From Podarcis bocagei (lineage: Eukaryota), in NCBI GenBank assembly GCA_964188305.1, contig OZ076888.1: 64,000 nucleotides of DNA; one strand, given 5' to 3'. Positions 9,160 through 23,530 of the stretch are shown in pieces. Made by a program: the position numbers and the translations under genes. The notes under the pieces are model-generated. The model saw only the letters and a program-made list of their open reading frames with translations, was not told the origin of the DNA and made no database searches. Position 1 is the stretch's first letter. Each line of letters begins with the position of its first letter.

Positions 9160-12100
9160 GGTAGGATTCCTAAAAGTTTGCCTGACGGATTCCATTTGTG
9201 TGTGTATGCATATATATTTCCTGGACCCAGTCTTATCAAAAGGTGGCGCCCTTGAAGTCTTATTCTGAATAGCTGCGCTTGGAGGATGCAGCTACATTAT
9301 AGGCAATGTGTCTGCTGGAGAGAGCAATGAAAGGGGCATTGTTAGGTTGACTTAGCTAGCTAGCATCTTGCTTCATAATGCTCCTAGGACAGCCATAAGA
9401 AGGATTTTCAATTTTATTTTAACCTGATGCCAGGAAGGTTCTAGTCAGTTCTGCCATTAAAGGCTTGGGAAGGAGGCAAAACTGTGCACAGAGTGTTGGG
9501 GAAAGCCCACCGGAGGCAATGTTCTGATTATTACCTCCTCCTTTATTGCTTTTTGCATGTACTGTCACCAGGAACAGAACAATTACAAGCACCAAGTGGA
9601 ACATCCAGATCTGAAAATTCCATATTCTGTCTTTTCATATAGTTTTTACTTCCCAGTCGTTATTGGTCATTTGGGGCCCAAAACCTTTGGTGTCTTGCCT
9701 ATTCCTCTACATTGTCAGAAAACAACAACAGCCTCATACACATTTTGATCTGGAAGGCTTATTTTTAGTTTATCACCATTTGCCTAAGCAATGGAGACTT
9801 AAGTGCAGGCTACTCTTCACCTCATCGTGCTGTGGACATCACATTACTAAGAATAGAAGCAATAGTGGGTGTCCTAAAGATGTGCCATGTCTAGAGAAGC
9901 ACTAAGGAATCCTGATTTTTAACTGCTTTGATCAATGTAGTGAAATTAGAAGTTGTTTCTCTTTCTTAAGTGTTCAGTGATTCACCAAAGGAGCTAGTCA
10001 CTGATACAGGTTTTCAGTACTTGATAGCTTCTGGTTCAGTTCAGAATGCTTCTGGCACTTTGGGAAAATAAAGATGTCATTTTTGTCTAAAGGCAAATGT
10101 CAGATGATGATCCTCTTTACTAGGATGGATAAATAATTCTAGATCTCTGCTAATAAAACTAAGGACTCGTTACAGGGTGCCAAATAGTCAAGTACACTGC
10201 AGTAGCGTTCTTGGTTCCCTCCCTGATATTTTGGGCTGGAAATATCTGGCTGCAAAGATGCTGCGTTTCACTGATGGAATGGCATGGATCACTGTGGCAT
10301 TTGTGCGAAGGGAAGAACGAGCCAGCATGTTAATGAACAAGTAATATCCACGATGTCTGTAACTAGAGGTCCTGCTTCTGGGGACTTTCCCCTCTTACTC
10401 TTTCGTGGGAGAATGCAAAGGCTGCACCTTGTGATTAATTAGCTTTGCTCTTAAAAACCAGGCACTGCTGTGAACCTACAAGGAAAGTCAAATGTTCTAC
10501 TTGACTCTGAGAAGCCCTGCTATTTTCATGTGTTATCAGGAAACACCCTCCATCTCACGCTAGTAATCAAAAATAGTGGCTGGCTCTTTTATCCTTCCTT
10601 CTGCAGGCATGCTTCTGTCTACCCAATTTGACAATAGGCTTGATTGTGGCATAAGGAGGTCAAGCAATTGGCCCAAAGGGGCAGGGTGAAATAGCGATTT
10701 GGCTCAGAGTAGAGCTCAAAGCTATTATATACCTGACCGCAAGACTTCATCCGTGCCTGGCTGCTGCTGGGGAACATGTTTTCTGAATGCACGGAGGAGA
10801 TGCAAAGCATCTGAGGGGGCGCAGGGAATACCAAGGCACGTCCCCTCACTGCGTAGGTTGTGCTCTGCTCTCCTGAGCAGCTCGGTGCTTCAGTTCTGAC
10901 TTTGCTCACGTGATGAGCACATAGGGGTTGCATCCCTGCTTCCTCTCTCTCTCTGTGAAGATTTGACTTGTCAAAGTCTCCTCCTTGCCTTTTGGCAGGC
11001 GTCAGGAACTGGCAAAAGTAGTTGTTTGGCACACAGTTAATTTCAGTCTACAGATCTCTCCTGGGGTTTTAAGAACTGGTAGAAAGGGAATAAGAAAAGA
11101 GTGGATTTTTTCATTATTAAAAATGCTAATGGAGAATAGAAGCTGCATGACACTTAGGAAGAAGTTGGGGGAGCATATTCAAATGAAGAATAATGAAAAG
11201 CATTTTAAAAAATGAAGAGAGAAATTGTGTTTTTACTTGCTAGAGAATTTCTTTTTAAGGCAAATCAGGAAATACTCACACTTTCAGCTATAGGCTTAGG
11301 GAAGTACGTTTCGGAACATGTGTGCATGCACATGTATATGCATGTGCACATGTAATTATGAGTGTCAGTAATATGGACCAAAGTAAATCAGTTGATTTCT
11401 TCGCATCCCACTTCCCTGCATATAGCAGAGAGTCTGTAGCTTGCGTGCCACAATTGGGGGCTATGGAGCCGAATCCAGTCCTGCTTATATATCTCTAGCA
11501 TCTCCTCCATTAGATATTAATGTGGAATAATAATACTAATGCAATCTTTTGGGAGTTTACCCAAAAGTAAACTGCTTAGTTTAGTACAACTGAATGTGAA
11601 TTTGTACTGCAGACCTTAGAAAGAGGGGGGCTGTGCTGGTCCCTTAATAGAACGCTTGTGTTGGTCAGAGAGTGAGACGGGAGAGACACATGTTGTCTGC
11701 TATGGAGCCTCTGAATGGGCATTCACTGCTTTTACTACCCACATGGGGAGAAGAGGTTTGCATGGGTTTTCCACCACAAACAAATGAATCATCAATTGTT
11801 CTTTTTTCCTGGCATTTCCCACTCTCAGTGCCTTTCTTTCCACCTTCTTTTGGAAAACCTCCTTTTCCTCATCAGGATTCGGCTACCTTCTCCTTCAAGT
11901 CCTGCCTCAAGATCTACTCCACCGCAAAGCCTTTTCTTGTTACCTTAGCCTCAACCTACCCTTATGGTGTAGTAAGGGAATTCCAGACTCTGGTCTTTTA
12001 GATGATAATGTGTATTCACTTACTTCAGTATGTTGTAGGACAGCCCTGTTGCATTTGGGGCCTCTCCTGCTGATTCTGCTCAGTGGGGGACTTCTGTCCC

Positions 12101-13064
12101 AAAGTCCTGCCCTGATAGCACCATTGACCTTACTTGTTCCTCTGCTGCGCTGGTTTTGTCCTTCCTTATCACTTCTCTAGCAATTCCTGCTTCCTATCAA
12201 CTGTATTGTACATTTTGTATGGCTAGTGTCCACATCAGCTGTGCGATCTGTGTACTTTGCAACAGAAAAATAAGACTCACTTTTTACTTCACACATAGAA
12301 AAATATGTGTGAAAAATATTTTTTGTATATTTAGGAAAAATAAAATAAAAACCAGCACATGAAAAGTCCCTGAGAGGGAAAAATCAAGCAAATCTTAGGC
12401 TAGAGAGTATCTGTACAAGTGTTGATTTTGGGTTAGGCTTTCTGAGAATTATGAAATGAGCTGGAAGTGTATTAGAATCCTATAGCTGGTAAACTGCATA
12501 ACATATATTTTCCTTTCACCATAAAGTGGTGAAGTGAAGGCAGGAGTTGTATGCTATCAGAAATCATATGACACAGTCAACCACAAGGTCAAGCCAATTT
12601 GTGAGGGAGGTCACTCTTGGTAGGTCAGGAATTACATTCCTCCCAATTGACTTAAGCTTATAATTGGATGTTTGGGGTCAGCTGTGTTCTGACAATTAGG
12701 CTGCTGCCATTTCTGCTTCCATTAGTAAGTGTCTAGAGTCAATTGCTATCTTTCCTAAGACTTTAGACACCAAGGCTTTGGCACCCAAGGCCCATGGGAG
12801 ATTCCAGTGGCTGCCCTTTCAGAGAGGGCCATCTTTGCTAATAGTATAGTGTTAGGGAATTATGAATCAGGGTTTTTGTTATGAGCTCATCCTACACTCG
12901 AGTAGGACCCTGGTAGAGACACATGCCCGACTGGCATGTTCTCTCCCTCCTGGTCATTCATTTGAGAGCTTCAAAAGCTTTCTTCTGCCCGAACATCACA
13001 GCGACCAATGCCAACAGACATCTGCACACTTAGGGATCCAGTAGAAATTATCTACTGAGATAGT

Positions 13065-13255
13065 GGCAGCAACCCAGTAGAAACAACAGAGTTCTGTGGC
13101 ACTGTGAAGTCTTAACAACTTTCTAAACTAAAGCCCACTTTGCTGGATGCAACAAAAGTTTATGTCATGATGACTGAATTTGTTGGTCTTTAAGGTGCCA
13201 CTGGACTCTTTGTTCTTTTTGCTGCAACAGACTGGCATGGCATTGGCTACCCTTC
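13065..13255. mobile_element. Penelope-like element remnant with inverted ends
   Basis: aacagagttctgtggcactgtgaagtcttaacaac is inverted relative to ttgttggtctttaaggtgccactggactctttgttc...gctgcaacagact...ggctaccc, which I recall as a reptile Penelope terminal motif. A partial copy lies at ~42745-42790. Confidence 0.55.
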
Positions 13256-13794
13256 TGGAATTGCTGCATTAGTAACTGCAGAAACTGAACATCAGCCGTC
13301 ATGACAGTGGGAATTGCTGCCAGAGTTCTGCAGCTGTGCCTGTTCATTTGCTACCTGTTCTCTGTGATCATGGGCAAAGGCATGCCCTCATCATCACCCT
13401 GGGCAGAGCCAGTTGACACCATGTGAACCAGTCCAGAGTTTCACATCCATTAACAGATAGACTGATCACTTCTTAAAGATATGAGGTGACTGCTGCTGAA
13501 AGTTCAGCTCTTGATTAATCTCAGATAAGTAAACATGGATAAGAGTCACATGGAAACATTGCAGAATGAGAAATACATAGCATATGAGCCTCGTTCAAAG
13601 AAACATAAATGTTAAGTTGTCCTGAAGCTTTCGCTGATGCTAAACATGGCTGCTTGAAACATTTGAAGAAATATTGTCTGACTGCAAGGAAAAGGGTGCT
13701 GCAACCACGTTCCACTCTCTGCGTGGGATGCTATTTTTCTCTTCGCACCATTGAAGGTGTTGGGCATTATTGAGACAGGCCAGAACATTTTGCA

Positions 13795-13924
13795 CAGGGA
13801 TGGGGTAGCTGTGGCTTATGCATCTGTGAAAGATATTGGATTCCCAACTCGCATTAGTCTGAGCCAGGGATGATCAGAGTTGCAGTCCAGCAACATCTGC
13901 AGGCCCACAAGTTTTTCATCTCTG
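13795..13924. mobile_element. Degenerate palindromic hAT MITE
   Basis: CAGGGATGGGG left end and gggatgatcagagttgcagtccagcaacatctg arm. Confidence 0.65.
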
Positions 13925-14836
13925 GTTTAGAACTTGGCTTTCTTATCAGTTATAATTTCCATCCCTATGAACAGCCAGAGAAATGAAGAAAGGCATTTCA
14001 TTTCTTCTGCGCTGGATGAAGTGTGTTGTCTGTCAAGAGATTTGGGATTCCTTGTTTGGCTTTGGCTGAAATTCTAAGCATTCTGATTTGGAAGAAAGCC
14101 CCATTGAAAATCAATGATACACTTCTGAATAAATGTAATTTGGGCTAGTCAGTCAAGAGGCCCCGACTTCCTGGGTTTTAGAAAAACGCTACAAGGTCAA
14201 TGTTCTTATTTTATTTTCCAGAGCCTCTGTTTCTCTGTTCTTTGTGTTAATTATATATTGTAAGCATTTATATGCATGCAATTATCTATGACAATAAGTA
14301 ATTAATTGTATACATACATGCATCTAGAGTCCTTTGTGCAAAATCTAAACAGTAATTAATTGTTCCTCTTCCTTGTGGATCTGACACCTTCTTCTCAAAG
14401 AACTGGAAATGCCATTGTTGGATAGAAAGGTCTGGAAGTGCGTGCCTCTCTGCCTGCTCCTTTTTGGAGGTAAGGCTGGTTACGAATGCCTTTGGCAGTA
14501 TTCTGGTGGGATTGCTGGCTGCTAGTGTGCACATGTCAGTCTGATGCTGTTATTTTACCTCTCACCTTGGTGAGATGCACATTGGGAGCCTGATGGGCTG
14601 TAATAGGTGCCAGGTGGTTTTTTTTAATTAAGGGCTCTAACAAGAAAGGATGGTGACAGGGACAATACTTGGTTTTGTTTTGGAATGGATAGCTCTGCTT
14701 AGCAGAGACTCCTAGCCAGAAAGACTCTGCTAGAAAGACTCTTAGCCAGATTCCTCAACAGATAGTGGCACAGAAGATGGTTCATTTAGGTTCTTTGCTG
14801 AATAACTTACTCCCATGACACTAAACAAGAATATAT

Positions 14837-14973
14837 CAGGCTTCCTCAGCCTTAGCCCTCCAGATGTTTTTTGGCCTACAACTCCCATGATCCTTAGCTA
14901 GCAGGACCAGTGGTCAGGGATGCTGGGAATTGTAGTCCCAAAACATCTGGAGGGCCGAGGTTGAGGAAGCCTG
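14837..14973. mobile_element. Young palindromic hAT MITE
   Basis: TIR CAGGCTTCCTCA / TGAGGAAGCCTG, near-complete palindrome, perfect 8-bp TSD GAATATAT (14829-14836, 14974-14981). Confidence 0.92.
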
Positions 14974-16521
14974 GAATATATTCATTGGGACCGAGTGCGC
15001 TGCAGCTGGAACAGTGTGTTCCCCTGTCTCCACTTAGTTGTGAATCTGATGTCAGGATTGTCCCTATTTCAATTAATCCAGAGGAGGGAGGGTTACAGTT
15101 TCTTAATATGCTCACATTCAATGTATTGCTTGGATTTGGGTTACAAAACAAATTAGTTAAGCTGCTTGGATATGGCTGGGTAGCTCAAGCCTTGCTGTAG
15201 CTTTGATCTTTCTCTAGAGACCACAGTTCAACACATATGTGTAAGCACTTTTTAAGCCCATTGAAATCAGCGTGTTTGTCAGGGAGGAAAACCTGTTGCC
15301 TGCAGTCATTGCCTGTTAGACTGCAACATCCCTGACCAATAGCCACAATGACTAGGCATGATGGGATCTGGAAGATCGCTAGCTCCCCAACCCTTGTTTA
15401 AGTGTACCCAACTCTGCATTGAATTGTGGACCAGACAGAGCTGGCTCAAGCTATTTTTCCTGCTCTCGATGAATTCAAATTCAAATCCAAACTACTTAGT
15501 GAGATTCACTACTATATGAGGAATGGGTTCATGTGTGTACCATTTTGCCCTTTGCCTTAGGCAGCAAAATATCTTGGCCTGGCCTTAGGATGAACCCAAT
15601 CTGAACTCCTGGAAAGCTATTGCCAGTCAGTGTAGACATTATTGAGTTAGATGGACCAGTGGTCTGACTCAGTATAAGGTTTCTTCCTATGTTCTATGTT
15701 TGCCAGGGGTACTGGTGTATGTGTTTGATTGTGCTATGGAACCCCCAGCTTCCCTGGGTCCTGTACCATGTCAGGGATTCCTGGCCAAGCAGAATGTCCC
15801 CTCCTGTTCACTCACCCTTCACTTTAGACCTTTGCTGCCACTAGTTAAAAGCATTTTATTTTTCTGCAAGGCTGCCTTTCACCAACCAGCCCCAAATCCC
15901 ATTTGTGTCTCCTTGAGAACACCCAAGACAATGTAGAACATGGCACTCTGTGTATTAATTAAAATATATCACAGTGGCTTGCAACAATATAAAAACATAA
16001 AACAAATTAAAAACACAGATGTTGAGCGATATGTTCAAGTAGACCGCAAACCTTTTATGAAATGAGTTTAAAAGTTTACTAAAAGGAATAAAAAAGCAGT
16101 TCCTAAAAAAAAGGTTTTACGTAAGATTCCCAATGGAGCAAACAAACAAATAAACAAAGAATTAAATGCAGCCTGCTTTCCCCTTCTCCTTAGAAACCCT
16201 ACATCTAATGAATTACATCCAATTAGCCATGTCTGTAACCCTCCAGGGTGTGTTTCCTTTGTATCCTGAGATCACACCAGATCTGAAAGCCAAAGCAAGT
16301 TACTAGCCAGATAGTCCTGGGGCTCTATGACTGCCCTACTTTTGAATTCACAAAACCGAAGGAAGTACTAGGGTTACCCCCCTCCCCCAGCAGACATCAC
16401 CTATGTGCAATCTGTACCCTTCTCAGTGATTTTACCAGCTTCCAGATTGACCACTGCTCATGCCAGGTTTAACAAGTTAACTCCATAATTCCCAAACAAC
16501 CCTACACAAAAGATTTATATA

Positions 16522-16761
16522 CAGTTGTACCTTGGTTTGCGAACAGTCTGGTTTGCATATGTTTTGGATTACAGACACGTCAAACCTGAAAGTGTGTGTC
16601 CTGGTTTGCAAACATTTTTTGGATTACAACCCATTTTTTTGGATTAAGTAAAAAATTTTTTGGGAAGCCCCATTAGCGAAAGTGCGCCTTGGGTGACAAC
16701 CGGTTTTGGTTTACAAACGAACCTCCAGAACGGATTATGGTTGTAAACCAAGGTACCACTG
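16522..16761. mobile_element. Tc1/mariner (Tigger-like) MITE
   Basis: TIR CAGTTGTACCTTGGTTT / AAACCAAGGTACCACTG flanked by TA on both sides. Confidence 0.88.
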
Positions 16762-17579
16762 TATATATATATTTAAAAACAGAAATAGCCCATTTCCTTC
16801 ACATTGTGTCAAAGTTGCTATGTTAGCTTTTGCATCCAATGGCACTGTGCTGTTGGAAATGCACAGGCTCAAGACAATGTTTCGCTCCTGTTTGCTTTGG
16901 GGTAGGAGCTTCCTGAGGCAGTGGGATCATAGAATTAGCCTGGACTTTGGTTTTGCTGTATCTTGGCTGTGGACTTGGCCGGCCATTCTTCTTATCTCCT
17001 TTCAAATTGAATGCTTTAAGGTACTGCCGTCATGGCTTGGTTCCCTGCCACTTCATATCTTGGCCCTGTTAGCAGACAGTAGCACCCTTCCTCCATCTGC
17101 ATCAAAGTCTCTAGCACCGTTCCATTTAAAGCTCTCTCCATCCTTTCCTTTGCTTCATTCACTTCTCTAATTCCCCCCTTTTTTGCACCAAAGAATCTCA
17201 TGTGCTACCAGCCCACCCCCTCACTTATTTTCATTTCCTCACACTAGTCTTTGTGCCTTCTGCCATGACACTTCTGAAACTTGGGATCGCCTCCCCTCTC
17301 TGTGTCAAATCATTTCTCTCTTCCTTTTTTATGTTCCTTTGGCTCTGTCTGCAAAGCCTTGCCTGAATTATATTAGCTTCGTCTTTTAGCACTGCGCTTC
17401 TCTTTGACTTTTCTCCTGTACTGCTCTGATTAACTATCCAGGATATCCCCAACTTCCCTCCTAACTAACTGTCTTGTCTGTCCAAAGCTGATTGTGCAGG
17501 GTGTGTCAGCGCCATGTTTATTCTGATGATGGTGCCTATCAAGCAGCGTTTGATGTTGGGGTCAAATGAATGCAAAAGA

Positions 17580-17809
17580 GTTTGGATTTGATATCCTGCT
17601 TTTCACTCCCTTTAAGGAGTCTCAAAGCAGCTAACATTCTCCTTTCCCTTCCTCCCCCACAACAAACACTCTGTGAGGTGAGTGAGACTGGGAGACTTCA
17701 GAGAAGTGTGACTGGCCCAAGGTCACCCAGCAGCTGCATGTGGAGGAGCGGAGACGCGGACTCAGTTCCCCAGATTACGAGACTACCGCTCTTAACCACT
17801 ACACCACAC
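17580..17809 (-). mobile_element. tRNA-derived SINE (CORE/MIR-like)
   Basis: The minus strand starts gtgtggtgtagtggttaagagcggtagtctcgtaatctggggaac (A-box) and contains gggtgaccttgggccagtcac and a gcaggatatcaaatccaaac tail. Confidence 0.8.
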
Positions 17810-18020
17810 AAAGTTTGTAGGATGTGTATTGAAGGCAATGCTTGCACTAAGCAGTTCTCTGGTGGCAGGGGTAGAGGTGGCAGTGGGGGGAGGAGGGTCC
17901 CCCCCAAGAATAGCTGGAGCTGCTTGCAGTCAATCCTGGGTTAGAGGCACCAAACTGCAAGCAATGCATTTAAATCCTTATATAGAAACTATCCTACTGC
18001 ACAAAGGGTAAAGTTTATTT

Positions 18021-18166
18021 GTAGAATCATAGAATTGTAGAGGTGGAAGAGACCATGAGAGTCACCTTGTCCATCCCACTGTAATGCAGGAATCTTTTGT
18101 CCAACATAGGGCTTGGACCCACAGGCCTGAGATTACAAGTCTCCTGCTTTACTAACTGAGCTATCC
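18021..18166 (-). mobile_element. tRNA-derived SINE with a CR1-like tail
   Basis: The minus strand has a ggatagctcagttagtaaagc tRNA head and a ctctacaattctatgattcta tail. Confidence 0.8.
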
Positions 18167-21100
18167 AAGTTATATTAATTGCTTGGGACACTTTTGCTTC
18201 CCAACCCCAGCCAGCCTTGGCATGTGGCCCCCAGAAAGTTGACCAGAAAAGAATGTGGCCCTCCACCAAAGAAGGGTTTCTCCATCTCTGATGTGAGGGT
18301 TTGCCTGTGGACCTATGCGTTGGTTGGGTGGTGGGCAAGGAAGAGGGGAAAGTTAGTACTGCAGTATGTGATTTAGGCTGCAGTCCTAAACACACTTACT
18401 TGGGAGTAAATCCCATTGAACTCAGTGAGGATTACTTCTGAATTGATATGCATACGAATGCACTGTCTATGACAGGCAAGAGTCTTTTTCAATATCAGTC
18501 TTCAACTGGGCACAGCTTCAACTGGCTGGCTAACACTGTACTGAGATGGGTACATTTAAAGTGCAGGCTGTCAAGTTCAGATGTGCATTATGGACACCAT
18601 GAGTCAGTGTCACTTCAGCCTTTGCCAGTGTGGTGCCCTCCATATATTTTGGTCTATGATTCTCATCAGCCTTAATCGGCACAAAGTTGGTGAAAGCTGT
18701 CATATAGTAATTGAGTCTTAAGGGTGAGGCAGACCCTTAAGTCCCATGTTCATTTTCTTGCTCAGAATTTTGTTTTTCAAACAGAACTTTGGGTTGAACA
18801 TATAGTTAATAAAGATATTTGCTACCATCCTTCAAATATGTACAGTATAGACTTACTGAGCTTATATAGCGCACTATTAAGAGACCAGGTGTCAGGGGTA
18901 TATTTTGATGAATGCAATGTGAACGTAGCTACAGTCCCATAATGCATATAAAAGGAACAGATCCATAATTCTAGTTCTGCATCTTTTAAAACAACTATGT
19001 CAACTCTCAGTATTAGGAACTTGCTCCAAATCAAGATTATTTTATTCTCCTGCAAATGAATAATAGTCAAACTGTCCACTTTACAACCTGGTAGGAAGCA
19101 CCATGCCTTCTGCTGGACAGATAAGAGAAACATCAGTAGTTTTGTAACTCAGAATAGCACCACCTAATTAGCTCAGCTGACCTCCTGCTACCCTCTCCTT
19201 GATCTATGCAGCCCTGGGGCAAAAGCGCTGGAAACCGAGAGATCCCAAATACAGCCAGGGAAAGCATTCAGGAAGCATGGTGGCTAACACTAGAGGGAGC
19301 GAGGACATTTAATAAAATATAAAAATGACAGCGGGAGATGAAATTGAGAGCTTTAAAGTGTATTCTGAAAGATTGGTATTGCTGAAATATTAATACTGGA
19401 AATTCTCCTGCAGGTGACACACCAAAACTCCTGCTATATGAAAGGCTTTCTTCTCAGAGAAAGAAGTTGGGGCATAACATTATGGGCTTAAAATCAAGAG
19501 GGTCCCATTCTAAGGGTATCGTGACTACTGGGAGATCATTCAGGCTGATAGTGCATTCATTCATTTGTTGGCTATTTTATCCTCTGTGGCTTCCCTTTTT
19601 ATTACCAGAAAGTATTTGCCTGATCATAGGATGCACTTGCCTGCTTTAAATTATCATCTTCTCTTGGCCTGTTTCTAAAATGAAATCCTTCATCTCGGTG
19701 CTCCATCCTTTGCTTGTGAAACCATCCCTGCATCTTTACTGCTGATGGATGTCCCTGGACGGCACAAGGGGGGATGATTAACTCTCATGGTGCTGGAAGC
19801 ATAGAAGCTCATCCTTCCCGCTGCTGGTTGATTGAAGGGGAAAGCCGACTACAGACTTGTACTTTCTGCCTCCTGGAGGAAGTCCACCCATTAGAAACTG
19901 AAGTCTTGGAAGATTATTTTGTTACAGGATATTAAACCATTTTCAAGTTAATTAATATACTTTGAGAAGGGATATTTGTCGGATTACTTTGAGGGAGGAA
20001 GAAATGTTGTCATTTACAGAGCGCTGGACTTAATGAATGAATTTGATGCCATGCAGATATGAAACAGATCTCTTGCAACTAACAGAGCACACAAAAGCCA
20101 AGGTTTTGCCCAGGTCCAATTATTTTTTATGCCACGCTGTAAGTTGCATGGATTCCCACTGACAGAGAAGAAAGAGCACCTATGCCTTTTTCGCATGCTT
20201 CTTTAGGTTGCAGTGATAATTTGCAGCGTAGAAGCTAGTCACTTCCAGAGACTCCTGAGATATTATAAACTTTTAATTAAAATGAAAGCAAGTTTCTGTC
20301 CCTCATCATTCTGAAGAAAATGCACCATCTGTTTATGTATCCATCCGTCTACCTACCTACAACATGTGTGTCTCTTTTTTAACTGAGAGGGTTCATAATT
20401 CCCTTGGATTTAGTTTCACTACACTAGATTGCACCCATTTGAATGCAAAGTCCAAAACCCAATTAGCAATCTTTGCCCCATATGAGCAAAGGGCTTGTGT
20501 GATGTCTGAAAGCAACCATTGTGATGTTTATTTCCTTTCTTCATCTTGACCTGTCAACCAAGTGGAGAAACTATTCCTTAGGATCAGAATTGTAGTGGGC
20601 AAAATGGATTTAAACCTATGAGATTCAGGTTGATTCAGTCTTTAATTTGCAGAGAAAACACTGGGGATTTCCTCAAAACCACAAACAAACCTCTGCTTGA
20701 TTCACAACATCAGCTTCCTTCATTTCTGTAAACTAGATTGATAAAGTAGGTGGGCAGCTGGATTTGCAGAATCCACATCAACCAGTTCAGCCCAATGTCA
20801 TAATTATGGTTACACTGATTGTTGTGGACTCTGCAGGTTCATCAACTTTACCCCTTCACCAAATTTGGAGTGTTTTTGTAGGTAAATGGCACCCCCTCTG
20901 CCTCGGTTTACAGCTGGTGAAAGGGACATGGCAGTGCCCTATTTCTACAAAAGACTACAGTTCTCACTCCATGGTTCTAGCACTGTGGGATAGTGCACAC
21001 TTTGGTGCACTGTTTGGACACAATGAGGTCTTGTAATAATAATTGCCCATGGGAAGGTATTTGCCTTCTTGTGGATGGCTGGGAGGTGCATGGTATAGCA

Positions 21101-22974
21101 GCAGAGACTCTGTTCTTGCTCAGCACCAGACAACTGGATTGGGACCACTGAACACATTTGCTCCAACCCACCATGTATGCATGGATGCAGCTAGAACCTC
21201 TATGTCCTGCCCCACCACTCTGCCCACACTGGGTCATGCCCACTGAGAGACAATTATAGAAAATGTTAGGATCTTTCTCCTGCTCGCTAAACATATACAC
21301 AAGTGTTCTGCTTTAACTTGCATCCTTGAGCCTTCATGTTTTCCAGTCACTAAAGCTCTTTTTTAAAAAAAATCAGAGGATGCCACTTCTAGCTGTGTCA
21401 CATCTTTCATCCGAGGGTCACTGGGGTCCCTTTGTTCCAGACTCTAGTTTTACAGTGAGCCATTTTAATTAATTTAAGATTGCCCTCCTCACTTGTTCTT
21501 CTCTTGTATGATTACAAACAGCCAGAGCCGCATTTCCAGGTGACATTTTTCTACTCTCTTCTGCAAGCAATTGGCTTCATTTCTCTTTCCCCGAAAGCTG
21601 GGAGGCCCAACAATAAACTTCTTAATTAAATTTTACATGGCCCTGGGTGTGGGGAATGGAGAGACAAAGGAGGAGATCAAAGTGTAAATAAAGCTTTTGG
21701 TAAAAGGTGCCAGCAAATCCCTTTGCTTGGATTGCTGTTAAAATCTTCCACCACCTGAAGGCTGCTGTTTAGTTTAGACAAATGGCTTGTGGAGATGGGA
21801 GTACATTACTGAGCAAATGTTTGCTTATTTACTTCCTAACATTTATATCCCACCTTTCTTCCAACATGGAACCCAAGGTGGCATACCTGTGGCATGAATG
21901 CAGACCATGCTAGCAGAAGTATACCCTTAAACGCCCCATGATCCACACATTTTGTCAAGAACTATCCAGGGGAGTGTGGCACTGCTCAGTTTTACATTTG
22001 GAGGGGGAGCTAATGCCCCTATGTGGTGGAGGTATGGACTCCTCTTCCTCCTCCAAATGTTAATGCTCATAATGGACTGGATGCCCCAAATGAATGCTCT
22101 TTTCCTGTGATTCTTCTGAAGAACCACATGAACTAGGCCTCTGTGCCATTGGATATTTGGCCCTCCAGTTGTTTCGTTGGATTATAGCTCCTAGCATCCC
22201 TGACCATTGGTCCTGCTGACTGGGACTGATGGGAGTTGAAGTCTAGTAATACTTGGAGGGTCCAAGGTTCCCCATCTCTGATGTAAAGCAAATGATGTAC
22301 ATGAAGCAGTATTGCCGTGGCAGAAGCATTATTGCTCTTCCACCTGAACTATGCCTCAGGTGATTAAGAATGGCTCCATTGATACCTGTGAAAAGAATAT
22401 TGAAATTCTTGTTTTGCAAAGGACAGGGCAGTTCTGGGGTTCTGTATCTATACCCTGGCATAGACCAGACCCACAGTTGTGGGTTAATATCTTGCAATTA
22501 CCCTGGGCAAGTAGGTAGAGGGGTGAGTGCCTTAGGCAGTTTGGAGGTGTTGTAGGTGAACGGTAGAGTGCATGCTCAAGTCTCTACTCCCTAGCACTGC
22601 CAGTTAAAATGATCACAGGAAGCAGCACTGAGAGAGGCTCTGTAGAATACAGGCAGTTGAAAGTACTGGATCAAGACCAAGGATCTGGCTCAGTTTGGCA
22701 GTATGTCATAAATATGCTCCCCGGTTGCCAAAGATATGCCTGAGAAGGAATGCAAATATTGATGGCTCCAAGCTAATATTGGCATCCCAATATACTTTGT
22801 AAGCATTAGGATGCAAATAATATTTGCATATCCCTAAATCAGGGCTTCTTTTGAGGACTAGCTCAGTGGAAAGTTCCAGTGCCAGGTTCTAGCTGCAAGA
22901 GCAGCTGTATACATGATGCTGGTATATGCTGAGAATTCAGCCCAGCCTGACTTTTTGCATTCTGCCACCACCAG

Positions 22975-23530
22975 ATTTATTTATTTATTTGCAAACATTT
23001 CTCTACCACAGTCATTCAGTGGGGGAAACCGTAGTGGTAAATAGCATAAAATCAACAATAAAATTTCACACACACGTACACATATATGCATCGCTGTTCA
23101 TTAAATTAGCTTAATAAAGCAACATAGCTGGGTCACTCCTCAGGAAAAGGCTGGGTAAATGGATAGAGTTTTAGCAGCCACTCAAATGGCAATACGGTAG
23201 ATGCCTGCCTGGTGTTCATTGGAAGTGCAGGCTAAGGGGCAGGTGCTGCCACATTAAAGACCCTGGTCTTAGTGGACGTAAGATGAACTTCAGGAGCCTA
23301 CAGCACTACTAAGAGTGTCTCTTCTGGGGATGTAAGTGACCAGGCAGGAGTGTACAAGCCAAGATAAGGTGCTCCCAGAGGTAACCTGACCCCAAGTAGT
23401 CCTAGGCTATATATGTCAATAGCAAGACACTGAACTTGCCTGAGTAGCCTCTTGGTAGCCAGTGCAGTTCTTCCAGCACAGGTGTCAACAGGGCACCTCC
23501 TTCACCAACCTGACCCAAATTTCACTGCAT
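22975..23530 (-). mobile_element. Degraded L2-like LINE fragment
   Basis: (TTTA)n tail at 22976-22990 followed by degenerate L2-like sequence. Boundaries approximate. Confidence 0.45.

Noticed and set aside
11316-11354. Alternating purine-pyrimidine tract containing TGCATG (RBFOX) motifs
   Set aside because: It is a simple CA/TG-type low-complexity tract ~3 kb from the nearest exon, with no support for function.
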